Notes under the pieces: model-generated | Databases searched by the model: none | Seen by the model: only the letters and a program-made list of their open reading frames with translations | Told to the model about the DNA's origin: nothing | Made by a program: the position numbers and the translations under genes | From: Candidatus Latescibacterota bacterium | GTDB taxonomy: Bacteria > Latescibacterota > UBA2968 | Reading direction: 5' to 3' | Assembly: GCA_965204375.1 (NCBI GenBank) | Contig: OZ241986.1 | Span: forward strand, 4,480,001-4,544,000 | DNA: 64,000 nt | Part shown: one piece after another, positions 30,271-41,042 of the stretch | Layout of the letters: each line of letters begins with the position of its first letter | Position numbering within the stretch: the first letter of the stretch is position 1

Positions 30271-30487
30271 TGAGAATGGAATCTAAAATATCTGGTGTCA
30301 TTCCCCGCTGTTGTGCTTTGCGACTGATGTCACTCATAATTTCTTCAAGAGATCGTTTCCCTCGGTTAACTTCGCTGAGTTTGAGACTGAGCAGTGCATC
30401 CAGCTTGCGCTGTTGTTCGTTGGGGGCTGATTCATAAGTCTGAGCCGCTTCTGGGCTTACGCGAATCCGGATGGTTTGTGTTTCCAT
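30263..30487 (-). CDS. Putative antitoxin partner of PIN toxin
   Basis: AGGAG RBS; overlaps toxin start; A..RG.TP.IL C-terminus. Confidence 0.7.
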   Translation of the reverse strand: METQTIRIRVSPEAAQTYESAPNEQQRKLDALLSLKLSEVNRGKRSLEEIMSDISRKAQQRGMTPDILDSILNE

Positions 30488-30556
30488 ATCTACTCCTTTG
30501 TCGTTCAGAGCTTTTATATTTTTGGGCATCGCTCAAATCTTACTGCGTCTGGCACA

Positions 30557-30811
30557 TTACATCCTTTCACGCTGTCGGCGGAGCATAAGGCTAATCATTA
30601 CAAGTGTATCCGAAGAACTGACTTCGAAAGTACCGTGTTTTACAGGGTGAACTTCAACTGAAAACTCTGGACGATTGACCAGTGTCTCTATCAGATCTTT
30701 GACCATAACATATGCTTCTTTTTTCGTATATCCCTGAGTCATAGCGTCGAGCATTGGGATTTCCGCAAGCCAAAATTTTCCATCCTTATAAACTTTACCT
30801 TGAAACCGCAT
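30557..30811 (-). pseudogene. HicB-like antitoxin, probably truncated before its HTH
   Basis: WLAEIP.LD..TQG.T..EA..M..D; ends at LRRQRER. Confidence 0.6.
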
Positions 30812-30825
30812 GTCAATTTCTCCTT

Positions 30826-32169
30826 TTAAAACCGCAACGTAAAAACAGTTTCTTCTTCAGGCTTAGACTGAACACTTATCGTACCGCGATGAACGCGCAT
30901 AATCTGGCGGGAAAGTGCGAGACCAATACCCGAACCATCGCGTTTGGTCGTAAAAAAGGGAATAAAAATCCGCTCCTGCACATCCTCTAAAATACCTGGC
31001 CCATTATCCTGCACGCGGATGACAACCCGGCCTCGCCCATCGAGTTGCGCTGAAAGATCCACGCGGGCATTGGAACGACCTGCAAGAGCTTCCACAGCAT
31101 TCCGCATCAAATTGATCAACACCTGCTCGATGAAATCGGGATCGGCAGTAAGCTCGAGCGTCCTGGGATCAATTGCCGTATGAAGAGCAATATTATTCTT
31201 ATCGCACTCACCCTGCATCAGAAAAACAACGCGGGCAAAAAGTTCGGAAATCTGAAAAATTTGAAAATCCGGACGCGATATATTCGTAAGTTGGCGATAC
31301 GCCTCGACAAAATGGAGAAGCCCTTCGCTGCGCGACTGAATCGTTTCCAGAGCAGTGTGAACATCGGGCAGCGTATCGGGATCAAGCGATGACGCGCGCT
31401 CAGAATCGGGCAAAAGACCGCGCACTGTGGAAGCCAGAGAAGAAATCGGCGTGATCGAATTCATGATCTCATGGGTCAACACCCGAATCAGCTTTTGCCA
31501 CGCCTCCATCTCCTGTTCTTCGAGTTCGCTCTGGATATTTTGAACAGACGCCAGAATAAAAGACTCGCCCCGCATCCGCAGTTCGGTCGCATAGACGATA
31601 ATCTGGAGCAATTCGTCCTCATCCTGAATTTTGACCAGCGTCTTATCGCCCGAGCGAAGTTTGAGCAGTGCCTCTGAAAACGCCTTACTAACCGTCTCCA
31701 ACTCGCGCACATCGCGCATATAGGGTTTGCGAAGCAAACGCTGCGCCGCCGTATTCATCAGCTCAATACGACCTTCGGGCGTATAGCAAATCAGACCAAT
31801 GCCCACATGCTGGACAACGGTCTGGAGATACTGAAAATTCTCTTCTCTCTCTGCGCGCGTCTTGCGAAAAGCCTCGAGCACCTCGTTAAACGCATCCTTG
31901 AGATTGTTGTACGCCGACCCCAACCCGGCACCCGTAAAAGACTGGGAAAAATCCTCATAGCGAATCGCCTGCAAAAACCGCGTGAGATCGCGCTGCGTGC
32001 GCTCCACATAGTGTATAAGCGCCCATGTCTGATAGACCACACACGCACCAATAATAGCAAGCGTGGCGTAGTATTCACTAAAAAAAAGACAATAAAAGAA
32101 AAGACAGGTCGTGATGCACAGAAGGGCCACGCGCAAAATACATATCAGGCGAAAGTGTTTATAAACCAT
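30826..32169 (-). CDS. Sensor histidine kinase (NtrY/NtrB-like)
   Basis: LTHEIMNS H-box, NLMRNA, DNGPG, FFTTK, GSGIGL. Confidence 0.93.
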   Translation of the reverse strand: MVYKHFRLICILRVALLCITTCLFFYCLFFSEYYATLAIIGACVVYQTWALIHYVERTQRDLTRFLQAIRYEDFSQSFTGAGLGSAYNNLKDAFNEVLEAFRKTRAEREENFQYLQTVVQHVGIGLICYTPEGRIELMNTAAQRLLRKPYMRDVRELETVSKAFSEALLKLRSGDKTLVKIQDEDELLQIIVYATELRMRGESFILASVQNIQSELEEQEMEAWQKLIRVLTHEIMNSITPISSLASTVRGLLPDSERASSLDPDTLPDVHTALETIQSRSEGLLHFVEAYRQLTNISRPDFQIFQISELFARVVFLMQGECDKNNIALHTAIDPRTLELTADPDFIEQVLINLMRNAVEALAGRSNARVDLSAQLDGRGRVVIRVQDNGPGILEDVQERIFIPFFTTKRDGSGIGLALSRQIMRVHRGTISVQSKPEEETVFTLRF

Positions 32170-33541
32170 GCTTTTCGAGCCTGCGATAAAGCGCGCTACG
32201 CGTGAGACCGAGTTCACGCGCTGCGTGACTGATATTGCCGCGGTGCTTCTCAATCGCTTTGCGAATAACGGTTTTCTCCACGTATTCGAGATTGAAGTCG
32301 TCAAAATGAATATCGTCACCTGCGGCGGGTTCGGAAACGCTGAGCGGAAAATCCAGCGGTTGAAGGATACCATTTTCATTCATAATCACAGCCCGTTCAA
32401 TCGCGTGCTGCAATTCGCGGATATTGCCCGGCCATGTGTAATTTTTGAGATGCTCAAGTGCTGCTGATTGAATGGCAATACCCGGTTTATTGTACTTCTG
32501 ACCGTACGTCTCGAGAAACACCTCAACGAGCAAGGGAACATCGTCAAGGCGATCGCGCAGAGGCGGCAGATGGAGTTCGACAGTATTGATGCGATACAGA
32601 AGATCTTGCCGAAAATCATTGCGGGCCACCATATCGTGAATCGGCATGTTGGTCGCACAGATCAGGCGCACATCAATATCAATAGGTCGGTTGGTACCCA
32701 GGCGAATAACCGTGCGATTTTCAAGTGCCGTGAGCAGCTTTGCCTGGAGCGGCAGCGAAAGATTGCCAATCTCATCCAAAAAAAGCGTACCACCCGACGC
32801 GATTTCAAAACGCCCGGCGCGGTCTTCTCTCGCATCTGTAAAAGCACCTTTTTTGTGCCCAAAAAGCTCGCTTTCAAAAAGGCTCTCTGAAACAGCACCG
32901 AGATCAACGCGGATAAAAGCCTCTGTAGCACGCCGAGATCGACGGTGCAGGGCGCGGGCAACAGCATCTTTCCCGGTCCCATTCTCTCCAAGGATCAGCA
33001 CATTCGCATCCGTAGCACCCACTTTTTGAATGGTATCAAAAACCTCGCACATCGCGCGCGATGTGCCCACCATATCGGGAAATTGACCGTCGAGATCGGC
33101 GCGTAGCTGTTCTTGTTCGGCGCGCAACTGATTGACCTCGAGCCGCGATCGCCGCAACCGCACAGCAGAAGAAAGGGTCGCGAGCAACTTTTCATTTTGC
33201 CACGGCTTGAGCACAAAATCCGTCGCGCCTTCTTTAATCGCTTGCACAGCCGTTTCAACACCGCCATAAGCCGTAATGAGAATCACCACCGCCGAAGAAT
33301 CAATCTCCAGAATCCGACTCAGCCAGTGAAACCCCTCTTTGCCCGACGTGGCGTCCTGTTCAAAATTCATATCGAGCAAAATCACGTCATAAGTATCATT
33401 TTGCAGCAGACCGGGAATGCGATTGGGATCTGCCTCAGTATCAACGCGTTCGGCATACTGCTTAAGCAAGAGTTGCGCGGCCACCAGAACATCGCGGTCA
33501 TCGTCAACAATGAGAATTTTGTTGAAGGATTTCGATTCCAT
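32159..33541 (-). CDS. Sigma-54-dependent response regulator (NtrC family)
   Basis: Receiver ILIVDDD, GENGTGK, GAFTDA, WPGNIREL, Fis HTH. Confidence 0.95.
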   Translation of the reverse strand: MESKSFNKILIVDDDRDVLVAAQLLLKQYAERVDTEADPNRIPGLLQNDTYDVILLDMNFEQDATSGKEGFHWLSRILEIDSSAVVILITAYGGVETAVQAIKEGATDFVLKPWQNEKLLATLSSAVRLRRSRLEVNQLRAEQEQLRADLDGQFPDMVGTSRAMCEVFDTIQKVGATDANVLILGENGTGKDAVARALHRRSRRATEAFIRVDLGAVSESLFESELFGHKKGAFTDAREDRAGRFEIASGGTLFLDEIGNLSLPLQAKLLTALENRTVIRLGTNRPIDIDVRLICATNMPIHDMVARNDFRQDLLYRINTVELHLPPLRDRLDDVPLLVEVFLETYGQKYNKPGIAIQSAALEHLKNYTWPGNIRELQHAIERAVIMNENGILQPLDFPLSVSEPAAGDDIHFDDFNLEYVEKTVIRKAIEKHRGNISHAARELGLTRSALYRRLEKHGL

Positions 33542-33554
33542 AACAGCCTCAACC

Positions 33555-33617
33555 GGGCGACCACAGAGGGTCGCCCCTACAAATAACACCACCGTAGGAC
33601 GGCCCCTGTGCCGTCCC
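33555..33617. repeat. Pair of GTAG-type REP palindromes
   Basis: GTAGGGGCGACCCTCTGTGGTCGCCC (minus) and GTAGGACGGCCCCTGTGCCGTCC (plus). Confidence 0.7.
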
Positions 33618-33636
33618 GCTCGCTTCTCGCCCCTTT

Positions 33637-34746
33637 TTAATTTTCGAGCTTGAGAATCATAATCCACATCGGTTGCTCACCCACATGATAGACCTTGAGA
33701 GGTGTGAGACCGCCCGTCTCTTTATCGATGCGATACCCGGCCATCTTGTCTGACTGTTGACCCGCTGCAAAGAGGAAATTGCCTTCGGGATCGAGATTGA
33801 AAGGACGGGGGATAGGCTCCGTAGGCGTTTGCCCCAATGATTCGAGAGAACCGTCGTCCTGCACAGCGTAGCCCGCAATGCTATTGTGCCCGCGATTGGA
33901 TATATACAGAAACTTGCCCGAAGGATGAATATGGATTTGGGCACAGGTATTGCGCTCTGTAAACCCCTCTGGCAGCGTTGAAAGAGTTTGGCGGGGTGCA
34001 AGCGTTCCATTATCCGGGTTAAAATCATACACCGTAACACTGGACCCATTTTCATTCGCAACATAAACCACATCTAAAGACGGGTGAAACTCGTAATGCC
34101 GAGGACCCTCCCCATAAACCGCATCGACTTTCACCACCTCATTAGGAGCCAACTCACCTGTGGTCTCATCAAAGGTAAATTGATAAATAGCATTGACCGG
34201 CATCGTATGCGGTACAAACAAATAACGATTGGAAGGATCGGAAAAAAAACAATGCGCGTGTTCATCCGTGGGAATCCACTGGCGATGCGGCGCAAGCACA
34301 GCCCCATCTTTGTCAATCGCATTGATAGCGACCGCGCCCTCGCCGTAATATGCAGAAAAAAGATACCGTCCAGTTTTATCCGTACTGATATAACAAGAGC
34401 CGCCATCAAAAGGCGCAGTGGCAACATGCTCGAGCGCGCCCGTTCCGGGATCAATTTTGTAAGTAACGAGCTCTTTGGACTGGCGCAAAGCCGCATAGAG
34501 ATATTTTTGTCGCGGATCCGTGCAAAGCGGACCAATGCCGCCTTTGGCGGGAAGTTCTTCAACAAGTGTGAGGTCGCCGGTATCGGAGTCCATATCATAA
34601 CGCAAGAGCTTCTTGTCTTTAGATACAGCGACGTACATATGATACTTCATACTCGGTTCCTTTCTGTTGGATTGTTGGGCAAACAAACTGCCCGTGAACA
34701 TGACAAACGAGATGGTAAGTGCAAAAAAAATTATTTTCATGGACAT
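33637..34746 (-). CDS. 6-phosphogluconolactonase-family beta-propeller lactonase
   Basis: HAH, GPRH, SNRGHNSI, PR.F motifs; GGAGGT RBS; alternative start at 34650. Confidence 0.88.
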   Translation of the reverse strand: MSMKIIFFALTISFVMFTGSLFAQQSNRKEPSMKYHMYVAVSKDKKLLRYDMDSDTGDLTLVEELPAKGGIGPLCTDPRQKYLYAALRQSKELVTYKIDPGTGALEHVATAPFDGGSCYISTDKTGRYLFSAYYGEGAVAINAIDKDGAVLAPHRQWIPTDEHAHCFFSDPSNRYLFVPHTMPVNAIYQFTFDETTGELAPNEVVKVDAVYGEGPRHYEFHPSLDVVYVANENGSSVTVYDFNPDNGTLAPRQTLSTLPEGFTERNTCAQIHIHPSGKFLYISNRGHNSIAGYAVQDDGSLESLGQTPTEPIPRPFNLDPEGNFLFAAGQQSDKMAGYRIDKETGGLTPLKVYHVGEQPMWIMILKLEN

Positions 34747-34872
34747 ACCTCCGAAAAAGTGGTGATTATTGCCACAATATAGCATTCGATCAGGCGAATA
34801 GAAAGTAGAAAGGGAGACACCATTTTGCAGGCTTGACATTGTGTCAAGAGAAGCGTTTATTGCTCGGCAAAA

Positions 34873-34969
34873 GAAGTGTGAAGTGAGAAGGTAGAAGTGA
34901 GAAGTCCACCCAACACCACCCCAGATCGGGTGCTTCTTCACCCTTCACACTTCACCCTTCACACCTTCC
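34873..34969. repeat. Inverted pair of 7-bp tandem arrays (GAAGTGW / WCACTTC), empty
   Basis: gaagtgt gaagtga gaaggta gaagtga gaagt ... cttcacc cttcaca cttcacc cttcaca. Confidence 0.8.
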
Positions 34970-34982
34970 TCAGGAGAAAAAT

Positions 34983-36377
34983 ATGAGCAAACAAAAACCC
35001 AACATCCTCTTCTTTTTCACCGACGACCAGCGATTTGACACCATTCGCGCGCTGGGCAATACAGATGTGCAAACACCCGTACTGGATCGCCTCGTGGCAG
35101 AAGGCACGACATTTACACACGCGCACATACCCGGTGGAACATCGGGCGCAATATGCATGCCCAGCCGCGCCATGTTGCACACGGGACGCACGCTCTTTCA
35201 CCTCGACGGCGCGGGCCAGGGCATTCCCAATGACCACATAATGTTGGGCGAACATCTGCAAGCCAACGGCTATCGCACATGGGGCACGGGCAAATGGCAC
35301 AATGGACCCGCATCTTTTGCACGCAGCTTTTCAGACGGCGCAGAGATCTTTTTTGGAGGCATGGACGACCACTGGAACGTGCCCGCATTTAATTATGACC
35401 CCACCGGCAAATACGACTCCGTACTCCTGCAGTGCCCGAACCCCAACCAATCAAACACCTTGAAAATACGCAGAGGCGACCACGTAACCGCGGGCAAACA
35501 CTCCAGCGAATTATTTGCCGAAGGCGCAATTGACTGGCTGGAAAAATACGACACCGACAGTCCATTCTTTATGTACATCTCATTCATGGCGCCCCACGAC
35601 CCGCGCACAATGCCGCAAAAATATCTGGACATGTACGACCCCGAAGACATCCCACTCCCCGAGAACTTTATGGGCGGGCATCCATTCGACAACGGCGACC
35701 TGAAAGTCCGCGATGAAGTCCTCGAAGATTTTCCCCGCGACCCCTACAAAGTGCGGCAACACATTGCCGAATACTACGCCATGATCACCCATTTAGACGC
35801 GCAGATGGGACGCGTACTCGACACAATAAGCGCGTGCGGAATGGCGGATAACACCATCGTAGTCTTTGCCGGGGACAATGGACTCGCCGTGGGGCAGCAC
35901 GGGCTTTTCGGCAAACAGAACATGTACGAACACAGCGTGCGCGTACCCCTGATATTTTCCGGACCGGGCGTACCCGCGGATCAAAAACGATCCGCCTATG
36001 TGTATCTGCACGATATTTTCCCAACCCTGTGCGACTTAATCGGCACCAGCACACCGGACTCCGTGGAAGGCACCAGCCTGTTACCCGCACTCAACAACGG
36101 CGATGAACAGGTGCGCGACACCCTGTTCTCTGCATATCGCGAGTGGCAACGCATGGTCAAAGACAAACGGTATAAACTCATTGAATACGCGGTAAATGGG
36201 CGTCGCACAACGCAGCTATTCGATCTGGAAAACGACCCACTGGAACTGCACAATCTCGCAGACGACAAAGCACACGCCAGCAAAGTCGCTGACCTGCGAG
36301 AAACCCTGTTCCAATGGCGCGACGACTGGGATGATGCGAAAAGCGAATGGGGAAAAACATTTTGGGAAGCGTTTTAA
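34983..36377 (+). CDS. Sulfatase
   Basis: PNILFFFTDDQ, CMPSR, GKWH, GDNG, KQNMYE. Confidence 0.93.
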   Translation: MSKQKPNILFFFTDDQRFDTIRALGNTDVQTPVLDRLVAEGTTFTHAHIPGGTSGAICMPSRAMLHTGRTLFHLDGAGQGIPNDHIMLGEHLQANGYRTWGTGKWHNGPASFARSFSDGAEIFFGGMDDHWNVPAFNYDPTGKYDSVLLQCPNPNQSNTLKIRRGDHVTAGKHSSELFAEGAIDWLEKYDTDSPFFMYISFMAPHDPRTMPQKYLDMYDPEDIPLPENFMGGHPFDNGDLKVRDEVLEDFPRDPYKVRQHIAEYYAMITHLDAQMGRVLDTISACGMADNTIVVFAGDNGLAVGQHGLFGKQNMYEHSVRVPLIFSGPGVPADQKRSAYVYLHDIFPTLCDLIGTSTPDSVEGTSLLPALNNGDEQVRDTLFSAYREWQRMVKDKRYKLIEYAVNGRRTTQLFDLENDPLELHNLADDKAHASKVADLRETLFQWRDDWDDAKSEWGKTFWEAF

Positions 36378-36399
36378 AACAAGCGAAAAGGAGACAGCC

Positions 36400-37245
36400 A
36401 TGAATGCTTCATCTCTGGCGCATAGCCTGACAGAAGAAGAGCGATTGCAGTTTGAACGCGATGGGTATTTAATTGTCGAAAATGCTCTCGACCCCGATCA
36501 CGCCGCACGCCTGTGCGCTGTGGTCGATCGCATAGATGCCGAAATGCGTCCCAAAGAAGGCATAGATAAGCTCGGACGCTTGAGCGTCAGAGACTTCATC
36601 GGCCTCGACTGGGAATTTGTCGAACTGGTAGATTGGCCCAAGACCATCGCAAAAGTGTGGGATATTCTGAGCTGGAACTTGCAAATCTACCACTCGCACC
36701 TCAACGTCACCCCCCCGGTATCAAACGGAAGTGGTGGAAAAAATCTGCGCTGGCATCAAGACAGTGCCCTGCTCAATCAGGAATTAGAAACAGATCCCCG
36801 ACCCCGCATTTCAATCAAAGTAGCCTACTTTTTAACGGATTGCAGCGAAGATGGCCGGGGCAACTTTTACATTATACCGGGCAGTCACCTGACCAACGAC
36901 TACGACTTTCCCAATGGCGACCGCACAACTGAACCCAAAGATGCAATACCCGTACTGGTCAAGCCGGGAACAGCCGTGTTTTTTGACCGCAGACTCTGGC
37001 ACTCGGTCAGTGCAAATTACTGGACAGAAGCGCGTCGGGCACTGTTTTACGGATATAGCTATCGCTGGTTCCGCCCCCGCGACGATGTAACAATGGATCA
37101 CTGGTGGGACCGGTTAGATCCCATTCGCAAACAATTATTTGGCAACGCCCCAACCGGCGGGTATGGATTCACATCTCCAACTGACGAAGACGTACCGCTG
37201 CGCGGATGGCTATCTGAACACCTAGGCGAAGAAGCCATAGCATAA
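36400..37245 (+). CDS. Phytanoyl-CoA dioxygenase (PhyH) family protein
   Basis: F.RDGYL, WHQD, PGSH, WH; AGGAG RBS. Confidence 0.9.
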   Translation: MNASSLAHSLTEEERLQFERDGYLIVENALDPDHAARLCAVVDRIDAEMRPKEGIDKLGRLSVRDFIGLDWEFVELVDWPKTIAKVWDILSWNLQIYHSHLNVTPPVSNGSGGKNLRWHQDSALLNQELETDPRPRISIKVAYFLTDCSEDGRGNFYIIPGSHLTNDYDFPNGDRTTEPKDAIPVLVKPGTAVFFDRRLWHSVSANYWTEARRALFYGYSYRWFRPRDDVTMDHWWDRLDPIRKQLFGNAPTGGYGFTSPTDEDVPLRGWLSEHLGEEAIA

Positions 37246-37261
37246 CAATGAGGATCGGATT

Positions 37262-38020
37262 ATGGAAAGAGATCCCATCTTTCACGATTTCACATTCGGC
37301 GAATCCGAACGGGAAGAAATGGACCGCGACGGACATATCGCTTTTCCGGGACTGCTGAAAGACGACGCACAGGAAAAATTGACAAAATCCCTGTCCTATA
37401 TCGAATCACTCAGACCACAAGCACAAGAAGGACATGAACCCAATCGGTTCGCAGCCGAATTTGACTGGTATCTCGAAAGCCTGATCGGCCACCCCCAAAT
37501 GCTCAGACTGGCGCGAGATATTCTGGGCGAAAATATTCGGTATGATCACTGCGTCAGCCTGAACCGCCCCGGAGGCAATCGCGGAACACATTGGCACACG
37601 CATGGGTATGGAGAAGAAGACCCCAGCCTGGGATTTATTCGCATCTTCTTTTACGTCAACGGATTTGAACCCGACGACGGTGGGTTAAAAGTCGTACCCG
37701 GCAGCCATCTGTTCCGCGACCGCATCGGACGTATTAACTCGGACAAAACATTGCAAGAACAATGGCTCAGCGGAAAAACCCATCCGAAAACGGGTGAACC
37801 CCTCCAGATACACGCGCTCTCTATGCCGCCTGGAACCGTAATCGCCATGTGGACATTTGCCGCTCACGGCGTAAACCCGCGACAGCCGAGCAGTGATACC
37901 CGTTGGTGCGTAGTATATGCCTATCGCAATCCCGGCCTGCCGTCAAATGCGCGATGGATATCCGAAGAATACGAAAAACGCCGCATTCCCGGCACCGAGG
38001 GATTGTTGAGTCTTTATTAA
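37262..38020 (+). CDS. Phytanoyl-CoA dioxygenase (PhyH) family protein
   Basis: WH.H, GGLKVVPGSH, HG. Confidence 0.82.
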   Translation: MERDPIFHDFTFGESEREEMDRDGHIAFPGLLKDDAQEKLTKSLSYIESLRPQAQEGHEPNRFAAEFDWYLESLIGHPQMLRLARDILGENIRYDHCVSLNRPGGNRGTHWHTHGYGEEDPSLGFIRIFFYVNGFEPDDGGLKVVPGSHLFRDRIGRINSDKTLQEQWLSGKTHPKTGEPLQIHALSMPPGTVIAMWTFAAHGVNPRQPSSDTRWCVVYAYRNPGLPSNARWISEEYEKRRIPGTEGLLSLY

Positions 38021-38319
38021 CCAGAACGGATCGGCCTTTGTATCGATCTCTGTCGTGTACGCGCCAAAGTCCTGCGATAGTCGGCTTCAAGATTGGTCCA
38101 GAACTGCGCGTCAATCCCGAGTACCTTCTCCAGCGCGATTGCTATATCCGGAGTAAGGGCCTTTTTCGCCTTGATAATCTGGTTTATCGCCTGTACAGGC
38201 CAGCCGAGTTTTGCCGCGAATTCCTTCTGGGTCACTCCCCGAGCTTCGAGTTCCTCCGCCAATACTTCGCCGGGGGGGATCGCCATGTCCGAAAATGCAC
38301 GCGGAGTCTTAGTCGTCAT
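38017..38319 (-). CDS. HigA-family HTH antitoxin (orphan)
   Basis: PPGEVLAEEL..RG.TQ..FA..LG...FW.NL. Confidence 0.85.
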   Translation of the reverse strand: MTTKTPRAFSDMAIPPGEVLAEELEARGVTQKEFAAKLGWPVQAINQIIKAKKALTPDIAIALEKVLGIDAQFWTNLEADYRRTLARTRQRSIQRPIRSG

Positions 38320-38397
38320 AATGGTTGCTCACCTCTTCTATGGTTCGGTGAATATATTCAAACGAACAAGCACTTGTCAAACAGAAAGGAAAAACAT

Positions 38398-39063
38398 ATG
38401 AACATCTTATTCCTACGACATTCAGCGGGATTTGAACACAGCTATTTGCCCGACGCAGAAGTGGCATTAAAAGCAATTGGCAAAGAAAATGGATGGCGGG
38501 TTTTAACCACGCATCGGTTGGACCGCATCTCTGCTGAGAACCTGGAAAAATTTGACATCCTCGCATTTGCGACAACCGGGAACCTGCCCTTTACTGACGA
38601 ACAAAAAACCGCGATCCTGGATTTTGTCCGCAACGGCAAATCATTCCTCGGCATACACAACGCAACCGACACATGCTATGACTGGCCCGAATACGGCGAA
38701 ATGCTCGGCGGATGGTTCAACGGTCATCCCTGGCACCATGAAGTGGGAATAATAGTCGAAGACACCAATCACCCTGCGACAAAAATGCTGGGCGACTATT
38801 TTCGGGTAACAGATGAAATCTACACCTTTAAAAATTACGACCGCAACAAGACACATGTCTTAATGCGGATCGACAACGAAACCGTAGATCTGGAAAAAGG
38901 CAACCGCGAAGATAACGACTACGCCATGGGCTGGTGCCACGAATACGGCAAAGGCCGCGTCATGTACACCGCCCTGGGACACCCCGATGCCCTGTGGCAC
39001 GAAGACTGGTTCCACGCGCACATCACGGGATGTATCAAATGGGCTGGGAGATTGGAGGATTAA
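38398..39063 (+). CDS. ThuA-like domain protein
   Basis: AGFEH, GIH.A.D, F.GHP, DEIY, G.GRV.YTALGH. Confidence 0.9.
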   Translation: MNILFLRHSAGFEHSYLPDAEVALKAIGKENGWRVLTTHRLDRISAENLEKFDILAFATTGNLPFTDEQKTAILDFVRNGKSFLGIHNATDTCYDWPEYGEMLGGWFNGHPWHHEVGIIVEDTNHPATKMLGDYFRVTDEIYTFKNYDRNKTHVLMRIDNETVDLEKGNREDNDYAMGWCHEYGKGRVMYTALGHPDALWHEDWFHAHITGCIKWAGRLED

Positions 39064-39064
39064 A

Positions 39065-40030
39065 ATGCCAAAATTTGTATTCATGCCGCCGCAGGACGAC
39101 CTCAAGCGATCATTCGCCGTCCGCCTGTCGGACGAACTCCCCGAATACGACGTCCTATCGCCCGAAACCGACGAAGACGCCATAGAGGCAATACGCGATG
39201 CCAACGCCGCATTCGGCTGGATACCGCCCGACGCGCTCGCCGTCGCCGAAAAACTCGCCTGGCTACACAATCCAGACGCAGGTCCCTTCTTCGGCTACTA
39301 CTACAAAGAACTGACCGAACACCCGCTAACCATAACAAATCCCCGCGGCATATACTTCGACCACATATCCCACCACATCCTGATGTTCCTGCTCGCACTG
39401 GCGCGCGGGCTACCGTGGTACATGGACGCACAGCGGCGCAGAATATGGGACAAAAACGCGCGCAAATCCCCGTACATAGACCTCGCTGACGCAACAGCCC
39501 TCATCAACGGCGTCGGCGGCATTGGACACGAAACAGCCCGCCTGTGCAATGAACTGGGAATGACCGTCATCGGCATCGAACCGCGACCCGAATACGAACT
39601 GCCCTACGTCGAATTCCACAACCCGGACGAAATTGACGCACACCTGCCACTCGCGGACTTTGTGATCACCACCGTCCCACACACACCCGAAACCGAAGGC
39701 ATGTTCGACGCGCGACGATTCGCCCTGATGAAACCCTCGGCGTACTTCATCAACATCGGCCGCGGCAAAGTGTGCAAAATAGACGACCTCGCCAACGCCA
39801 TCGAATCCGGCACAATAGCTGGCGCCGGACTGGACGTATTCGAACAAGAACCGCTGCCGTCCGACCACAAACTGTGGGGATTGCCCAACGTACTGATGAC
39901 CCCTCACATTGCCGTCAGAGACGCCGGCAACATAAACGAGCGACGTTACGAAATACTCATCGACAACGCCCGACGCTTCCTCGCGGGCGAAGAACTGACC
40001 AACGTCGTGGATAAATCAAAGTGGTACTAA
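39065..40030 (+). CDS. D-2-hydroxyacid dehydrogenase
   Basis: G.GGIG, INIGRG, LDVFEQEPL, TPH. Confidence 0.92.
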   Translation: MPKFVFMPPQDDLKRSFAVRLSDELPEYDVLSPETDEDAIEAIRDANAAFGWIPPDALAVAEKLAWLHNPDAGPFFGYYYKELTEHPLTITNPRGIYFDHISHHILMFLLALARGLPWYMDAQRRRIWDKNARKSPYIDLADATALINGVGGIGHETARLCNELGMTVIGIEPRPEYELPYVEFHNPDEIDAHLPLADFVITTVPHTPETEGMFDARRFALMKPSAYFINIGRGKVCKIDDLANAIESGTIAGAGLDVFEQEPLPSDHKLWGLPNVLMTPHIAVRDAGNINERRYEILIDNARRFLAGEELTNVVDKSKWY

Positions 40031-40031
40031 T

Positions 40032-40928
40032 CTACCCCAACCCCTTTCGATCGGTACGCGCGCGGTACAAATACCCATCTATAGCCGTGACATAGAGCGA
40101 CTGCAAATCTTCATCGCCAAACGCGCAATTGGTCGGATTAATCGGAAAAGGATGTGCTTCGAGCACCTGTCCGTCGGGCGCAAAAACGTAGATCATCGGA
40201 CCGGGACCGCTATCCGGCCAACCCGCACTCGCGACAATATTGAGATCCTCATCCAACCGCATACCATCTATACCCCGATGGGCACCAAAATCGTGTAGCA
40301 CTTCACAAGCACCCAGCGACCCATCTTCCTCAATCGGATAAGCGCGCAATTCCCGGGCAGTTTCCGGTAGATAATCGCTCTGCGCCACATACAGGGTCTT
40401 CATATCGGGTGTAACAATCAGACCATTGGGCTTTGTCGTATCAAAAGTCGCACGCACAGTCGTGTACGTACCATCGTCCTGGGGATCGGCGCGATACACC
40501 GACTCGTGACCGATATCCATACATGACTTATCATCGCCATATCTCGGATCCGTGAACCACACGCGGCCCTTTGCATCCACCACGAGATCATTGGGGCTGT
40601 TAAACCGGTTCCCCTCAAAATTATCGGAAATCACAGTCGTCGAACCATCGCTCTCGTACCGCGCAATGCGACGCCCGGGCCCATCCACGTATTTGTCACC
40701 CACAGGATTGAATGTCCCCTCTGCGCCATAGACCCGATCCTGTGCATCCGTAGTCAGACCATTTGCCCGATTCGTACCCGTGCGCCACACATCGCAAACA
40801 CCCGTCTTATGATCATAGCGCATCGCGCGATCCCCCGGCATATCTGTAAACAACAGCACATCACCTACCCACACTGGACCTTCCGTAAAACCAAACGGAC
40901 CCGCCACCTGTTCAAAATTCCATTCCAT
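40032..40928 (-). CDS. SMP-30/gluconolactonase family protein
   Basis: TEGPVW, NSPND, PNG, DG, TNCAFG. Confidence 0.92.
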   Translation of the reverse strand: MEWNFEQVAGPFGFTEGPVWVGDVLLFTDMPGDRAMRYDHKTGVCDVWRTGTNRANGLTTDAQDRVYGAEGTFNPVGDKYVDGPGRRIARYESDGSTTVISDNFEGNRFNSPNDLVVDAKGRVWFTDPRYGDDKSCMDIGHESVYRADPQDDGTYTTVRATFDTTKPNGLIVTPDMKTLYVAQSDYLPETARELRAYPIEEDGSLGACEVLHDFGAHRGIDGMRLDEDLNIVASAGWPDSGPGPMIYVFAPDGQVLEAHPFPINPTNCAFGDEDLQSLYVTAIDGYLYRARTDRKGLG

Positions 40929-40998
40929 AAAACGCTCCTTTGCTTCTCGTAAAATTGTGCGATCTCATCCCCAACATACGCGATTGCCAACACGAAGG

Positions 40999-41037
40999 AA
41001 AGTGAGAAGTGTGAGGTGAGAAGTGTGAAGTGAAAGG
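40999..41037 (+). repeat. 7-bp tandem array (GAAGTGW)
   Basis: aaagtga gaagtgt gaggtga gaagtgt gaagtga; degenerate complement near 41098-41116. Confidence 0.7.
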
Positions 41038-41042
41038 CACTC

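Noticed and set aside
37903-38397. Long N-terminal extensions in the ORF track (ThuA, PhyH, kinase, response regulator, lactonase, hsdR)
   Set aside because: They overlap other genes or repeats; downstream starts fit RBS position or domain boundaries better
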